A stretch of 64,000 nt of DNA from Phoronis australis (lineage: Eukaryota; Animalia; Phoronida), in assembly GCA_002633005.1 (NCBI GenBank), contig NMRA01000139.1:496001-560000 (forward strand). The letters are read 5' to 3'. Within the stretch, counting starts at the first letter, position 1; every line of letters begins with the position of its first letter. Shown here piece by piece: positions 50,201-64,000 of the stretch. The notes under the pieces were generated by a model. That model made no database searches. It saw only the letters and a program-made list of their open reading frames with translations, and was not told the DNA's origin. The position numbers and the translations under genes were made by a program.

Positions 50201-53017
50201 CGTTTTGCCACCTGTCTACAAGCCTACACTATAACACTGATCTCACTGAAATTTCAAGGTATTTTCGCTAAAAGTAATGAATGTTTAAAATTGAAGTGTG
50301 AACTTAACACCGATTTTCATTTATTGAGTCACGAAAACGTGTATTTCTGATAAAAAGTAATAAGATAGGTACGATTATAGTCATGTGAAAAAATGAATCA
50401 ACAGCTTACCTGTACAGTGTACATGATCGGATTTTTATTGGTATCAATATTCAAGTTGAAGTCTCTAAACGCATTTATTTCCTAAATTGTGTAAAAATTT
50501 ATGTTTTTTTTAATAAAATCGTTAAGTTATAGTAGAGCTTGTGTGCATATGTGAAACATAGGACACACTGAACTGACCTCGCCGGTGATGTCAGGTCAAC
50601 CGGCTAAGACATCTAATTGGTTCTTGATGTCTCAGCCGGTTGACCCGGGGGTGGGGGGTGACGTCAATCAACTGTTAAAAAAACATTGTCTAACTATGGT
50701 TTGGACAATAGTACATAAATCAACGCATCTAAACTTTTCAATTGAATGCGATCAGTCATTTCCAAAATGTCATATTTCGAAGTTATCCAACTTTTGACAG
50801 TTGTCTTGTGTTACTTGTAACCTTCATGGCTTGGGGTCTGCTTCGTGGAAGTGCTTTCAGACTTCAGACAGATATCGGTTCTGATGCTCCCATTCACAAT
50901 TCATTGTAGAATGAAAGTTTAGCCAAGTAATTATGTGTGCATGGCAGTCTAGAAATTATTATCTCAGTAACTTTGCACTTTTGCTCAATTGAGAGTTGTT
51001 TATTAGTTTCAGAAATAGTTATGTGGAGCGTTAATACAAATTTTTGTCTACTTAAGTCACTTCTCACGAAACAGGCGCCTGTTTTCATGGTTTGTATGTA
51101 GGGATTCCATCATGCCGGATTTTCATCACTGTCCACCAAGTGGCGCATTTCTCGTCTGTCGGATATTAGAGGCGTGTTTCATCTCTTCAGCTGTGAAGAG
51201 GATAGAGAAATGATGGAGGACATTTTGTCCACATTTTACAAGAAAATCCGCCAATGTGATGGCCATTTGACGAAAGGTACCTTTTGATGTTAAAGTTGTA
51301 ATGAAGAACTCACTTTTTCTTTCCACATTCCCGTTACAACTTCAAAACAGCATGAACCAAAATTCTCTCACCTGGAACTGCAGTATTCTGACTTGGCAGA
51401 AAGCTTTGCGGAGTGTTCATAAGAGAAGGCAGCTCAAAGCTAATCGAATCTTGTTAATTTACCACTGAACTACTGAATACGCAAAAAGTGGCTTCTTTGT
51501 TTCGATAACAGATTTAAATTTGGAATCAGTTGAAACGAGATACATGTAGGTAACTCAGCAAGTTCTAATTATGAAAGGACAACCGTCAAATGTTTAACAT
51601 AGTCTTTGCCTTTACCAGTCTTAAGTTTTATCCTGCATGTAGAAGCGCCGATCGCTGGAAGGTCTGAAATTTAAGTTCTACATGCAGTTATCTAGAATTT
51701 GAATTCCGATCTCCTTTTAATCAAAATGTGCTGTAGTCTGTTGTGGCTCAGTAGATCGACTGAGCGGAAGATTGTCGAATGAAACTAGCGAAACACTTCC
51801 GACAAATAATCTTTCCTTGTGGAAGGGAACCTGGATGTTCTCCCATAATTCAGCATCCCAGCTTCGGCGGCCGTTCACATCAGGTGAGGTCATTTTGCTG
51901 GTAAACGCTAACGAAGTCACAAGCTTACTCGCCTTTCAGTCTCGTGATTCGACGGGGTCTTGCGTGATCCTGCTTTTCCGGCGCCTCATTGTCAAAATGT
52001 CTCTTTTGCTTCTGATTAATGTCTGATACATATGTCCGGCGACTAATATTATTAGTTGAATACATTATTCGTTTTATATTCAGGGGTAATTCATGGTGAT
52101 ATGCACAAAGAAAACATCTTGGTCAGTAAAGGCGACGACTCTGGGTCACGTGATATTTGTGCTGTCTTGGATTTCGGTGACATGCAAGAGGATATTCTCG
52201 TCTTCGACTTGGGTACGGTTTTATGTTGAACAGCATTTTAATATGTATAAGCCAGGTTTCAGAAAATTGTGTGTTATTTCGTCCAGCTTATCCTCGCGTT
52301 CATAAAGGTCACTAGTCTGAACGCTGCCATGAGGTTATGATATGAAGAATTGTCGGCTTTGAACACGGCAACCCACTGTAACTATTCCAAGCGTTATGTC
52401 GGAGTTAGTGTTTAGTTGCAAAGTTCTCATTTGAAATTAATCATTTTAAAGATTGTCAATGATTTCAATCTTGACATTTTCTGCATTTTGCGGTGGCTTA
52501 TTGTATTTTACTTGTAACCGAACGTCCAAACGTCCATATGAAAAAATGGGTTGCGCGAACATTGAAACTTAAAAATCTGTGGTTTGATGCCGGGTTAACT
52601 AGATAGAAACACGATCTCACAAACGACACGTGACGATTCGAAAATATTTGAAGAAATATTTGTTTTGCAGGGATTGCTATCATGTACACGATGTTGGACG
52701 CTGATGATACAAGTCGTTGTGACGTTGGGGGTTATGTTTTGGCGGGCTACACGAGAAAACGACAGCTAAATACAGAAGAGTGGAACATTTTGGAAACTGT
52801 TGTCTGTGCTCGGGTGGCGCAGTCTATCTGCATAGCAATGGAAAAGGTCGCTGATAGTTCTGATAACTTGGACTACATTATGGCCGACCATGAAGCAAAA
52901 TGGAACCTATTAAGATGGATACGAGCTTGTCCGAAAAATTTTCTTTCGTCAAGGTGGTCAGAAATGGTAAAGATGGTGACAAGTCTCAGTGTCGAACCTT
53001 ATTTGCCTTGTGAATGA
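44271..53017 (+). CDS. HYKK: Hydroxylysine kinase (AGPHD1, aminoglycoside-phosphotransferase fold), 377 aa
   Basis: Exons 44271-44487, 45390-45518, 49700-49836, 51102-51276, 52084-52212 and 52671-53017 are all phase-consistent (1134 nt). Motifs: LYG...LASYDDINYHV, FVFKVIN, VRMLTYIPG, catalytic GVIHGDMHKENILV, AVLDFGDM, VLAGY...L..EE..IL...VCARVAQS. Confidence 0.9.
46530..48848. mobile_element. Probable non-autonomous DNA transposon (~2.3 kb, spans a gap) in HYKK intron 2
   Basis: TIRs ggggctattcgga ... tccgaatagcccc; no transposase ORF seen. Confidence 0.6.
47244..47613. other. Assembly gap (N run)
   Basis: Run of N. Confidence 0.99.
49206..49353 (+). mobile_element. LTR-retrotransposon remnant: short LTR followed by a tRNA-Ser PBS
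   Basis: A TG...AATAAA...AACAACA segment ending at 49339 is followed after 1 nt by TGGCGACGAGGAT, complementary to a tRNA-Ser 3' end and common in Gypsy elements. No second LTR found. Confidence 0.5.
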
Positions 53018-56000
53018 AGTGTGAGAAAGTCAGACAGTGTCGGGAACAGACATAATAAATTTTCAGATCTGGCATTATGTGTTCGTTTTCCACAAGCAAT
53101 ACGAACTTAAAGACTATTTAACTAATTTTAAGAAATCCTAAAGGTTGACGACTTCCACCAAATGCAATTTTATTACCGAGCATTGAAGTGACCTGTCCAG
53201 TGACGAATTTGCCTCCCGGAATTGGAGTTTTTGTATGCAGCCGTCTCGGCACCAGTGTGGAGGGTGGGGGCGCGGGTCTGCTGACTTGTGTCGTTGGTTC
53301 GGCGTCCGTTCATCAGGGACGTGGGTTTAAAAGTTTTGGTACACGTAGCTGAAATTTTAAGGCAGGGACAACAGTTAATAAATCAAACAATAACCATGGC
53401 TACATCTACGATCCTATAACGAATTTAACAAGTTGTTTAGCGAAGTGCTAAAATAATAAGTTTAAAGTAATGCGTCTAGCCCCCTGTAGAAAGTTGAGGT
53501 TAAGAAGTGAGAAGCGGAAAACAAAAACGACGCAAGTGCAACTTGGACACAACGTTTCGAAATTAATCAAATATCTTCATCAGGTACAACAGTAGACCGA
53601 AAGCAAAATATCGTAACAGAATGTTCCCGTCACATCACAATGCATGGCACAATATCTGTCAACTAAAAACTCTACAACAACTCCAGCCTCTGTGCTCCAA
53701 CATCAGTGACCTCTCGGCATGGACGGGCTGTATATGAATGGCCTCAGGGATGAAAAGTTTGAAAAGCTATCGTCATGATCAAGACCCTGGACCTCAGGAA
53801 ACCCTATACTGTGCCCATTGGCCACTCGAATTTTGTATCATAGACTTGCTGAACACAAGAAAGAGGTACACACTGCCTTGTGTACTCATTCTACACTCGT
53901 ATAGGCAACGCCACCTACAGGATTACGGGCATTGCCACCAGTTTCTAGACGCAAGGCAAAAGTTCTCACGTTTGTTCAACTTTCTCGTCTATTAAATCCC
54001 ATGAGCAAAAACGTGAGTATTTTGTTTCCCCCTTAATAAAAAACATAGCTCTGTTGTGTATATCCTAGAATTTCCCGTGACGAATGCTGGACAAAAGGCA
54101 AATCCATCGCCTGAGTACTATTCATGACCGAGAATTAACAGGACAGTTAGCAATGTGGCTCAGCCATCGTATAACTAGTTTTCCCGCCCGAATAGTTATT
54201 ACCATTCGTTTGTTCTGTTAATAGAATTAGCCGTCATGATAACTTTTTTCTCGAACTGTAGAATATTCCAAACATTGCACAGAATGTGCTTATTTTGAAC
54301 CAATTTGATTTGTGCCCGCCGCATACCGGTAATTTTCTTTGTTATGCCTGTCTTAATATGTGTGGAACCCGTAAAAGCTATTCATTAAACTTGGCTAAAC
54401 TTATCTTGTCGGTTTGGGATAAGGTTGTTTTAGTCTCTGTTTAACCTCGTAGCGCTAGTTTTTGCCATTCGCCTTTATTCAAAACCACGTGGGCAGATCG
54501 GGAAATTCATCAGACACACTTTAAAGGAATAAGAGGCAGCTGTGAATTTGCTGTTGAATTTCACATATAATTAAACGAGTCGGCTATGGCATTATTTGAC
54601 ATCCACCATGACAATTAAGACCGTCGTGCTCCATGACAATTTTGACGTCCACCTTGTTACCTAGCACTCCTGGGCTCCAACTTTAGCAGCTATGCCTTAA
54701 CGATGAGAGTGTGCAGGGGATGGAAACGTGCCCTTGTCTATTTTAATTTGTTCTAACATTCCCGTTAGTCTTTAGGTGACACAGAGGTAGTCGTCTTAAA
54801 ATTGAGGAGGCCATAGCAGGGGATTGAATCTCTCCATTGTCTGTGCCTTAGATTCCTGAGCTTCGACGCATAAACTCCAAACCCACCGCGGCAAAAATTC
54901 CTTACTCGAATCACACATGGACGGGAAAATGACCAACCCCAGTTCCGGAATATTGGGTACGAGCAGGGAACCAGTTACTTGAGTTTGGCGTTTGCTGATC
55001 CGGGAATAAGGTGTAGAAGATTGGAATTCAAGAATTCAGAGGCGCGGTCATGGAATCGTTTCGACGCCCTGTATGCCACAGCCAATTTTAGGATATTTAT
55101 TTATTTAAACTTCTTTAAAAAACTATTTGACCACTTCACTGAGTGAACACACTGATTTTCAAGAGGGCCCAGTCGGAAATAATTGCATGAAGTAAAATAC
55201 TGAGAGCTATGTACAATTAGATTGAAAAGATTAATAAATAAAATGAATTAGTCTTATGTACGTAACGGAAAACTTCCACTGTTTCCAGTAGAGGCCAACG
55301 GGACTGTTGGAATAAAGGAACAGCCGTTTCTTTGCAATGCTAGCAGTGGGTGCATATCAAGGATAGTGCATCTTGTCATTTTCATTTGTTTTCTCATATA
55401 GACATCACCATAGACATCATAATACTATAGTGTGATGTCCATGAACATCACAATTGAAATGGGCATGTTGAGTGCTGGAGCAAAGAGCAAAAGACTATCT
55501 AAATAACTAGTTGCTTGTTCAAAATTAACTAAACTACGAAACATATTGTTTCTTTTTGAAGTTGTGAAAAGAAACAAGACATGTGACACATGCGAGATAA
55601 AATGTAAAATTATTGCCACAAAATGAGGCTAAATCTATTTCCGCATTGTTTTAATAGACACAGAGTTCTTAGACCGTTACTTTGTTTTCTTTTAGTAAGA
55701 ACCTTCCACGGTTGCGAAGTTTTCATACGGCGACGGCTTGTTCTGATTTTCTTTCCCTGTTGCAAACTGAAGGCTTTCTTCACACGTTTTGTGCAAGCAT
55801 GTCATTTGTGATAAATTCAGTTTGAAACGATATAAAAGACAAAAATTAAAATTAATACCGGAACGATTAATTCACTTCAGCTTGCGTACTGACATTATGA
55901 TGGGCTTGACCAATAGGTGGAGTCTTCGTCAGACGTCGCTGCAAAATGCGAGTTAGGACGAGTTCCATAATGCGTTTTAAATATTTCAGTCCTGGAGTTT

Positions 56001-59000
56001 TTTGAAGCTTGCAAAAATGTGCCGAAGGTGTTAGTTAGGGGAAAAAACCGTCACCTATTTGTCAGCGAGGTACTCTATACGGCTAACACTTTCCCCTTCA
56101 CTATCTGTTATGGTCTACATTTCCTTCGAAGTGTCATCAGCAGACGACTTCATGACTTCCGAGTTTCTCCTCAGACAGATACTACACGTTTTACAGGAAG
56201 TAGTTAGTATTTTTCGCCAGTTACGGAAACCAACACATTTTACAGCCATCATCTCGCCAACTGTGCTTAAGTTGAGCAACATATCGACTGTGCCGTGGCC
56301 TATTCAAAACGGACAACCTTCCTTCCTTGCCAACCTCAAGTGCGTGGTCTTGGTACTTCTTCATATAACAAATTGCAGTTATTTTGGCACGTGCCGTAAT
56401 TCTATTTATCTTACGAATGCAAGTCTGTCCTCGAAAACCGCATGGCCATAAATGGAGATTTGCTACAGTAAACAATCTTGCGAAACCCGAATCAAATTAT
56501 CTCTGGAACCCAGAATTTTTCATATTGCAAGCTTTGGGGTTTTCAAAATCAAAAAGGTAGCTTGTATTACGAGCTTCTACACTGTCTCATTTTGTCCGGT
56601 CTCGACACATGTCATTCAATACGAAAATCTGCTTTAATATGAATTTTAGCAGTGTTAATCACCAAATACGGGCCAGGCTAGTTTAAGATCCCCAAACAAA
56701 ATCTGCAAATGCGTCACTACAAAACTTAGTACGCCCAAAGACGACAAGCGAAATTTCGATGATTTTGTTCAAACATGCTACTTCTAAGGGACATTGTCGT
56801 TTCTGAAGCCGAAAAATGCAATTTTGGGATTATTGCTGAATGGAACGAACTTCTTCAAATTATTGGCTTTAATCATACGTGTTTAACAGAAACCCCGTTA
56901 TGTTTTGTGACTTTGTTCAAAGTTACAAACGGCCAATTCTCGCCATGGTCTGCCAGACATTCGCTGAAATCAAGGACGGTGTATACGGTTAAAGTACTCG
57001 AAAGATTCGGCTCAGCGGCAGATCGAATGCTAAGGATGTCTCTTTAATCAAGCCACATTACATGACCCTCTCAGAGTGATGCCCCTTGTAACAATATGAA
57101 AAGTCTAGTGCTCTTATAACGAGTATCTTGACAGTACATGGTTGCACTGGCTGTCGTAGAGTTGTGATAATTTCGTACATGTCATACTGAGAGGTGGTGT
57201 CCTCTTTCGGTTACAATAGCAACTACTTCATGATCTCCGGATGTTTATGCCCAGAGCTAGGCCGAGGCAAAGATGCTATATCTTTGGCCGAGTTCCACAG
57301 ACGCGGAAGAAGATAATGTGACCACGTTCTTCCCTTCTAATTTGGCAATATTTTGCGAAGGTTTGTGCGATCTTACGTTTCGCGATATTGTCACGTCTAC
57401 TGAACGCACACCTGTTTATCTTTTCTGCATTTTCTATTTGTTTGCGCATACAACGTATGTAAAACCAGTTTCAGCTACAATACGTAGCCTAATGTTCCTT
57501 TTCAGTTCTCATATTGTCGCCAGCTTTCACGTACATGTATCGCACAATCGCGCTTTTCGTATCTGTTTCAGTTCATCGCTTGGTTATTATGTACATGGTC
57601 ATTTCCAGACGAAATGATTTTGCGCAGTGACATTTTTTAGGACTTGACTTCTGCGTTATTAAGTTCCGCAAAAAGTTGAAGAACAGCGACATTCTTTGTC
57701 AAAGATACACAATATGGCATTATGTTCAGTACTGTTAAACAGCCAATTCAAACAGTTTACCACTCAGAGATTGTTTTCATTTTAATCCTTTTCAAGTTTA
57801 AAACAAGCCAATGCTTAAACATGTGCCACGTGGTCTTGTTTAAGTGGGAGGCTCTGTTAAATAATCAAATGATGGAACCTGTAGTTTTGAAAAATAACAG
57901 TTAAAAGGACATGCTCGGATTCATTGCCAAAAATTGCATTTTTGTGATTGTTATTGGATGGGACTGTTGAAGTTAGTATTGATTTTGGCCAGAACTGTAA
58001 AACAACACAAAACTTTGTGCTTTTTTGATTTTATTATAACAGCGCTTTCGACGATGGCAACTGCCTCCTCAATATTTTATTGTCTACGTACAGTGTACAT
58101 GTACATTACCGGTGACAAAAATATGGAAACAACATCGCTCTAAATAGAATTCACCCACTGCTGGGAATTAAGTTTTGCTAAAGTAGTTTTTAAAGGTGAC
58201 ATTCGATTGTCATTTGTGCTGAACTATAATATCAGTAAAATGCTAAATGATCACCACACAGTCAAAACTAGCTCCTCTTTTTCCAGTTATTGGGGCATTT
58301 CATTTATTTTTTTGACTTTCACAACAAAACCTAATGCGTTGCCTCTCACGCTAACGAATTACATTACAATTAACATTTTCTTTCTTTATTTTTGCTTTAA
58401 AAGCAACGTGCATATCAATCTAAGCACGCCACAAGCTGTGCAAACTCGCCCTCAACATATTTTGAGAATCCGAAGTGAAATGCGACTATAAATTCATTCC
58501 TTGGGAAATAACACAATGTACAGATGTACTGTGTCATCTTTTACAGGTAACGTCCATGGTGTACTTTACCTCGCCACATTTGGCATCTAAGAAAATTCCC
58601 CAGCATGTCAGTGCACCAAGAAATTCGTTCTGAAGCGCGCAAATGTTCTCAGGCGCAAATGAGCACATCCGGGTGTTTGGCCGTGATTTATTGTAACACA
58701 TGAATTAGCACGGTTTTCTCACGCAGATTGCATTCATCCTGGTCCCAATTGAAGGTAAAATTTGTAACATTTTCGTTATTGCTTTGCAACGATTAGTTAG
58801 GTGTTTGCACCACCTTCACCACAAAAGTTCTAAAGGCAAGGCATTATTTTATAATTATGCCTGTAGCAATACTGCGCGTGGGCAGGCGAGGCCGATTTTA
58901 ATATAATTTCTACCATCACTTCCATAACACGTTCCATTCCAACAGCTGACGTTGTTTCGTCAGCATCAAAGGACGTGCCACGTGCAGCGTGCATTCTTAA

Positions 59001-59593
59001 ATAAACAAGTCAACAGTTTTTGATCAAGATAAACGGAAAAAACACCATGCACACTTAACGATTTGTTCACACCCAGCAGGGGAGGTTAGGACAACTATAA
59101 CAAATAACAACGATTGTTCCTTGATAATAACTTAAACTTGTCTGCCATTTTTTGTTCGAATAGAATCCATCTTGAGATTGATTTAATGAACTTCCCTCAT
59201 GCAGATTGAAGATGACATCGATAGCAAACCAACATTTTTCTTCGTGGCAACCGCCCTCTTTTGAAAAGAAATTGTACACAAACAATCCCCGCATATCCCC
59301 GAACGGCTACAATACCTCAAACAGACAAAACATCACATCAGTTGCGCTGGTTCTATGACACGACAATTTGTCGCCGATAATAAATCGTGAGGCCTCACGA
59401 CGAAAAATTGCCTCGTGTTCGCAGCGCTGGGGAGAGCGCGAGGGGCGGGGTGCNGGGGCAGGGGGGTTGGGCAGTGCCCCCTCAACCAAATTGTTTGGGG
59501 GCAAAGATAGGTTTCCGTTATCCGGGTTGTAGACCGATCAGATGTTTTAGCTGGTTGACCCAGCGAAACTGGCGAAGGCAATCAATTGCAGCC

Positions 59594-60008
59594 CGTAACA
59601 AGCCGTCCGTAACAACATTTTTGCGTTTTCTCACAAACCACGATTTTTCACGGACATCCCCGTATTTTCCACAAAAATGTTTTTCACTCTAAACTTGACG
59701 ATTCTGTTTCTTTATTCTATTAACTACAAACGTGTGTCTGTTTTTTTTTCTTTTAAGGTCTTTTAGCCTGAGAGCTCGCCTGTCAAAAATCAAGAAATCC
59801 GTTTTTTTACGATGGAATGTTGACGTCTTCATTTTGACGGCAGATTTTTCGGACTAATAGACCTTAAACGAAAGTTCCAGACATACTTTTGTTAAAAAGC
59901 AGAAACGTAATTTACGATTTTCATGTAAAAAATCATGTTTGTGGAAATTAGAGCTTTCTGCGTGAAAAATCAAGATTTTTTAGAAAAACGCCACTGCATA
60001 TGATTACG
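59594..60008. repeat. Imperfect ~400-bp palindrome (foldback/MITE-like)
   Basis: Mirrored blocks gcgttttct/agaaaaacgc, gatttttcacg/cgtgaaaaatc, tttccacaaa/tttgtggaaa, ttaaggtc/gaccttaa, cgcctgtcaaaa/ttttgacggc. Confidence 0.7.
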
Positions 60009-63000
60009 AATATCTGAATCTATTATTTCTGTGAAAATGATAAGATTCTGAGCACATAAAGAATTTCAAAATATGCATTTTCAGTGGTGCATAATTGATG
60101 CTTAACTTCTTTAATTAAGAAATTCGATTCTTGCTAACGAAATTCGCCTATTGCCTTAAGTAGGACCCTAGAAATCTGTCGAAACTTGATTAACTTCGGA
60201 ACTATGTATCTCAGAAACGTCTTATCGGATTCGTTCACGTGAAACTTTCCGATATTATGCTCAATGTGATGTTCTTCAAAACGATATTAAAAGTGTTTTT
60301 AAAATGTTTTGCTTTATCATGAGGAGTTGTCAAAATTAGTACAGTTACAGTTTTCGTGAAAAACTCAGGAGTTGCATGAAAAGAAAAGAAAATGATAATT
60401 TATATAATTATAATGGCGTTTTGGTAATTTCATCTTGAACATGTACATCGGTCATGTTATTGAAATCATTGCTTTGCTTTTAAAGTGCCTTTCCTATTTG
60501 TCATATTAAACTTGAACATGTGAGCCAACTAATGACAGCAATAGTTCTGCAGATATTTTGATAGATACAGTCATGTCGATAAGGTCCTGCATAACGTTGT
60601 TATGGTAACTTCCTGTTGTACTCAATACTTCAGCGTGCACTTTATTGCACTGAAATGTATTAATTTAAGAAAGAAATTTTAGCCAGTCTTGAAATACCTC
60701 AGCCATAGGCGCATCGCGTAAACTGGTGTTTTTTCATTATTCTAATTCTAACTTGTCGGTGCCCCAGGCTTGTTGGGTTTTTGTTAATTGCAAACACGTT
60801 CTTGAGATACATCCATACCTTGCAGACAGTCATTTAGTACTGTAATGTGCTCATGACGTCACATTTCCGGTTCGTGTCTGTATTTCTACATGCATCCGTT
60901 TACATCCATCCCACCTAAATTTTGAACAAAAAGTGTATCAGCGTCTAGTCGAAACCCTGAGCGGTTACACCTGCATAGATTGTTCCCTGAAGGTATTACG
61001 TAACAGAAAATGATTTAAGTTTGCAGAAATTTAGTCATTAACACGTGACCCCATGTTTTCTCTAATCGCTAAACATCGTGGCGGTCTCGAACAGTCATTA
61101 GTCACCGTTTTCGGTTAACTGCAAATGAGTTATGAGAGAAAAATTTCGCTTAACTAATTAACTTGGTGGTGGTTGTATTAAAAACCCTAATCTAGCAACA
61201 GTGGTATGGCTGTTAGTGCTAGAAACTGGAAACATGTTTCGAAACATGTGATAGAAATATGTGTTGCAGTGCCAAAGCTGTCGAATTAGTACCACGTGGA
61301 ATTGCGCAGCTGGGAAGGCTTAGGTTGATTCCTGGAGACGGATTCGGCTGTAATTAAGATGAATAGACGCAGCAAACGAGCGCACGTGACCAACAACGCT
61401 GGTGTGCGCTGTCACGAGAGAAAATGTTAGCCAGAAAATAAACACACACTCGTAATTTGCAGTATAAAAGTAAATACATTAAAATTAAAATGTTATGCAA
61501 CATATAATTCCCATAAACTCTCGTCACCCATGACACGAACTTCTGATGCAGACCACTTACAGGCTGTAAAACATGTTTTAACTAGTTTCTCACTCAGACA
61601 AGCGATGCCTTCTGGACTTGAAAACAAGTTACAGTTCGTCATTGCCTTCTAAGATCACTGTATGAGTATAGTTGATTCCCTTCACAAGCCAATTTGCTGA
61701 GCCTGGTGTCAAGTAGTAACGAACTGACAGTAATATCAAAGTCCAGGAACATGCAGAGATGAATTCCTTTACTGGAAGTCGTATACGGTAAAAAATCTAC
61801 CGTTTGGGAGAAGAACAATTGCTGAAACAGCCAATTTTTTAAATGCGTACTACATTGCTACGAATGCATAGAATTTAAACAAATACTGTATAATGCAAAC
61901 CAAAATAACCAAGAAAAATGTTCACGAAGGATTTTTATTAAATGACTGGAAAAAGTTAATCCCTCTTGTCTGCCAAAGTAAGTCCCAAAATTAAGATTTT
62001 TTATCTTAATCGAGAGCTAGTTTACAGGTAGAACGCGGGTTAGAACAAGTACGCAGGTTTTCCCGATATTCAGATCAATTAGTCACTCTTGTTAAAACAC
62101 ATGAGGCACTATCTGGTCAAATCAACTCCCTTGATAGTTACTGCTGTATTTGTTTTTGAGACAATATTAAAATTCCTTGCAGAAAGATAGGAAAAATCTT
62201 TGATTGGTTTGAAGGCAATTGTTTATAATAGAATGTATATTCTCGTATGAGAAAGAAACTTAAAGATACCTGGAACGTGAAAGCTCACCAAAAATCTCTT
62301 TTAAACAATTCCTGACACATAACCATATCGCAACGTCTAGTACAGAGTAATTCACTTTCTCCTGAGGGAGAGTTTCCAGAAAAAAATCACAAAATTCACG
62401 ATTGTTGAAATACACGCGAAGGAAAAACTCTGTGGTTGCAACAGAGTTTTTAATCTTCCTACCACTTATGATAAATGCGTGCATACGCTCACAGTCATTT
62501 GCGTGAAGTCGCTTGAGGTCAAAGGTGACATTTTCCGTATTAGGGAAGTGTGCTACATCTATGTATTGTCATACCAAAAAAGGATACGTGCTTTGCCTTG
62601 TGGGAGAAAAATCGACGAAGTGGCGAACAGTTGGCAGATTTTTTTGAAATTTGGAACTAAATGCTTTGATGTCAACAGAAATTAAAAATCTTTACAAACA
62701 AACCTTAAAAATACCTGGTTAGCCGGTTGAATTCTGTCTCAGTAATAGAGAACCACTTTCAATATTGCAATTAGTCTGCTTTTCGCCTTCCCGGCCTCTT
62801 TAATAAATGATGGGTTATTTCACTTAGGGATATCATAGAAATTACAGTCATTCAAAAGATAAGGCAAAGGACAATTTAGGTTTTTCTTGAAGTCAAAATC
62901 ACCGCACGTACAGTGCATGTACGTTTACGATTACTTTTTACCGTGGGGTGATGGCGACGGTTGTGAACGACGAGTTTCTTTCTTCCACGACCGTGGCTTT

Positions 63001-63227
63001 AGGCTATACTTTACCATGGAGTATTTATTGCCGACAATGATAATAAAAGAATTACAATTAAAAAGTAACCGAGAAATAGCCGTTTAACCTCGTAGTATTT
63101 AAATACATTTCCAGAGGCCCGCATCTCTTCATCTTGAAAATACACAAACTAAATTCGTGACTGTTTGTGACGTCATTGAAAAACTTAGTCTTTGATCTCC
63201 ACACAGGAACTGATGTTTCGTTAAAAC

Positions 63228-63430
63228 AGTTTTAGCGCGTGCTGTTTTAGCTCTAGCTGTTTTGGCTTGTGCTGTTTTAGCGCGTGCTGTTTTAGCTCGT
63301 GCTGTTTTAGCTGGTGCTGTTTTAGATCGTGGTGTTTTGGCTTGTGCTGTTTTAGCTCGTGCTGGTTTAGATCGTGGTGTTTTGGCTTGTGCTATTTTAG
63401 CGCGTGCTGTTTTAGCTCGGGCTGGTTTAA
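63228..63430. repeat. 15-bp minisatellite (gctgttttagcgcgt-like) x~13
   Basis: Tandem copies are directly visible. Confidence 0.9.
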
Positions 63431-64000
63431 AACTGATTCTACAATACTTTCTTTCCGCAAATGCAACAGAAAATAAATACTGTCATCTTGTAACGCCATA
63501 CACTCTTAAATATATTTTAAGTCACGCTTGTTGCGTGCCACGGTTGGAGACCCAATGTCCGTTTAAACACTCACGGTATATCGGCGAACTAAGAAAAAGA
63601 AAAAATGAATATACTTTCACTCAGTACGATATTACAGATCTATTCACTGACCGCCTCTACATTATATACAAATTCAATGTAGAAAATTGGTTATATTTAA
63701 TTTTCATTGTTTAACAAATTGCATTAATTTATTTCAAAGGCATATTTTGCAATGTTGTTCGTTTCTTTACTTTATCTCTCCATTGAGTTACTTTCACACA
63801 AAATTAATCTCTTTTGCATTTCACACACAGATAGACTTGATCGATCATTAAAATAATCCCCAAACTGGTATTATCAAAGTACTTCTGAAATCTGTGTTAG
63901 TGTCATCTTATCAGTGAAGGTACAATATCTTGACACGAAGAGAATCGATTCGTGCAAATGGATTGATCCCTCTAGTCGTTCACCCTTTTATAGTCTTACA

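Noticed and set aside
63262-63714. 150-aa ORF with AVLAR repeats
   Set aside because: Translation of a 15-bp minisatellite.

Overview
This is animal (invertebrate-type) genomic DNA with spliceosomal introns, from a draft assembly. It has three N-gaps and two single-N joins where two haplotypes appear to have been assembled in tandem. Five protein-coding genes can be reconstructed by hand from splice sites and reading phase. (1) The last exon of a gene with 5 JAZ/matrin-type (C-x2-C-x12-H-x5-H) zinc fingers, 3733-5455 +. (2) CFAP141/C1orf189, 8901-14308 -. (3) Head-to-head with CFAP141, an 8-exon gene of ~1626 aa at 14872-28688 +, joining 10 JAZ/matrin-type zinc fingers and an acidic linker to a RIG-I/Dicer-class SF2 helicase; its Q-motif and Walker A are intact but motifs II, III and VI are degenerate. 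(4) A secreted mucin-like protein ending in a divergent discoidin (F5/8C) domain, 30455-37864 -. (5) Hydroxylysine kinase HYKK, 44271-53017 +. Mobile DNA includes a young miniature LTR element (TRIM) whose LTRs carry a tRNA-like Pol III cassette, a TIR-bounded tRNA-like unit, a decayed RNase H-bearing LINE, a Gypsy-type LTR/PBS remnant and many MITEs and minisatellites. The best candidate for an undescribed system is the zinc-finger-array/pseudo-helicase gene together with its zinc-finger neighbour, a possible dsRNA-sensing locus. All gene models are manual and unverified by transcripts or database search.
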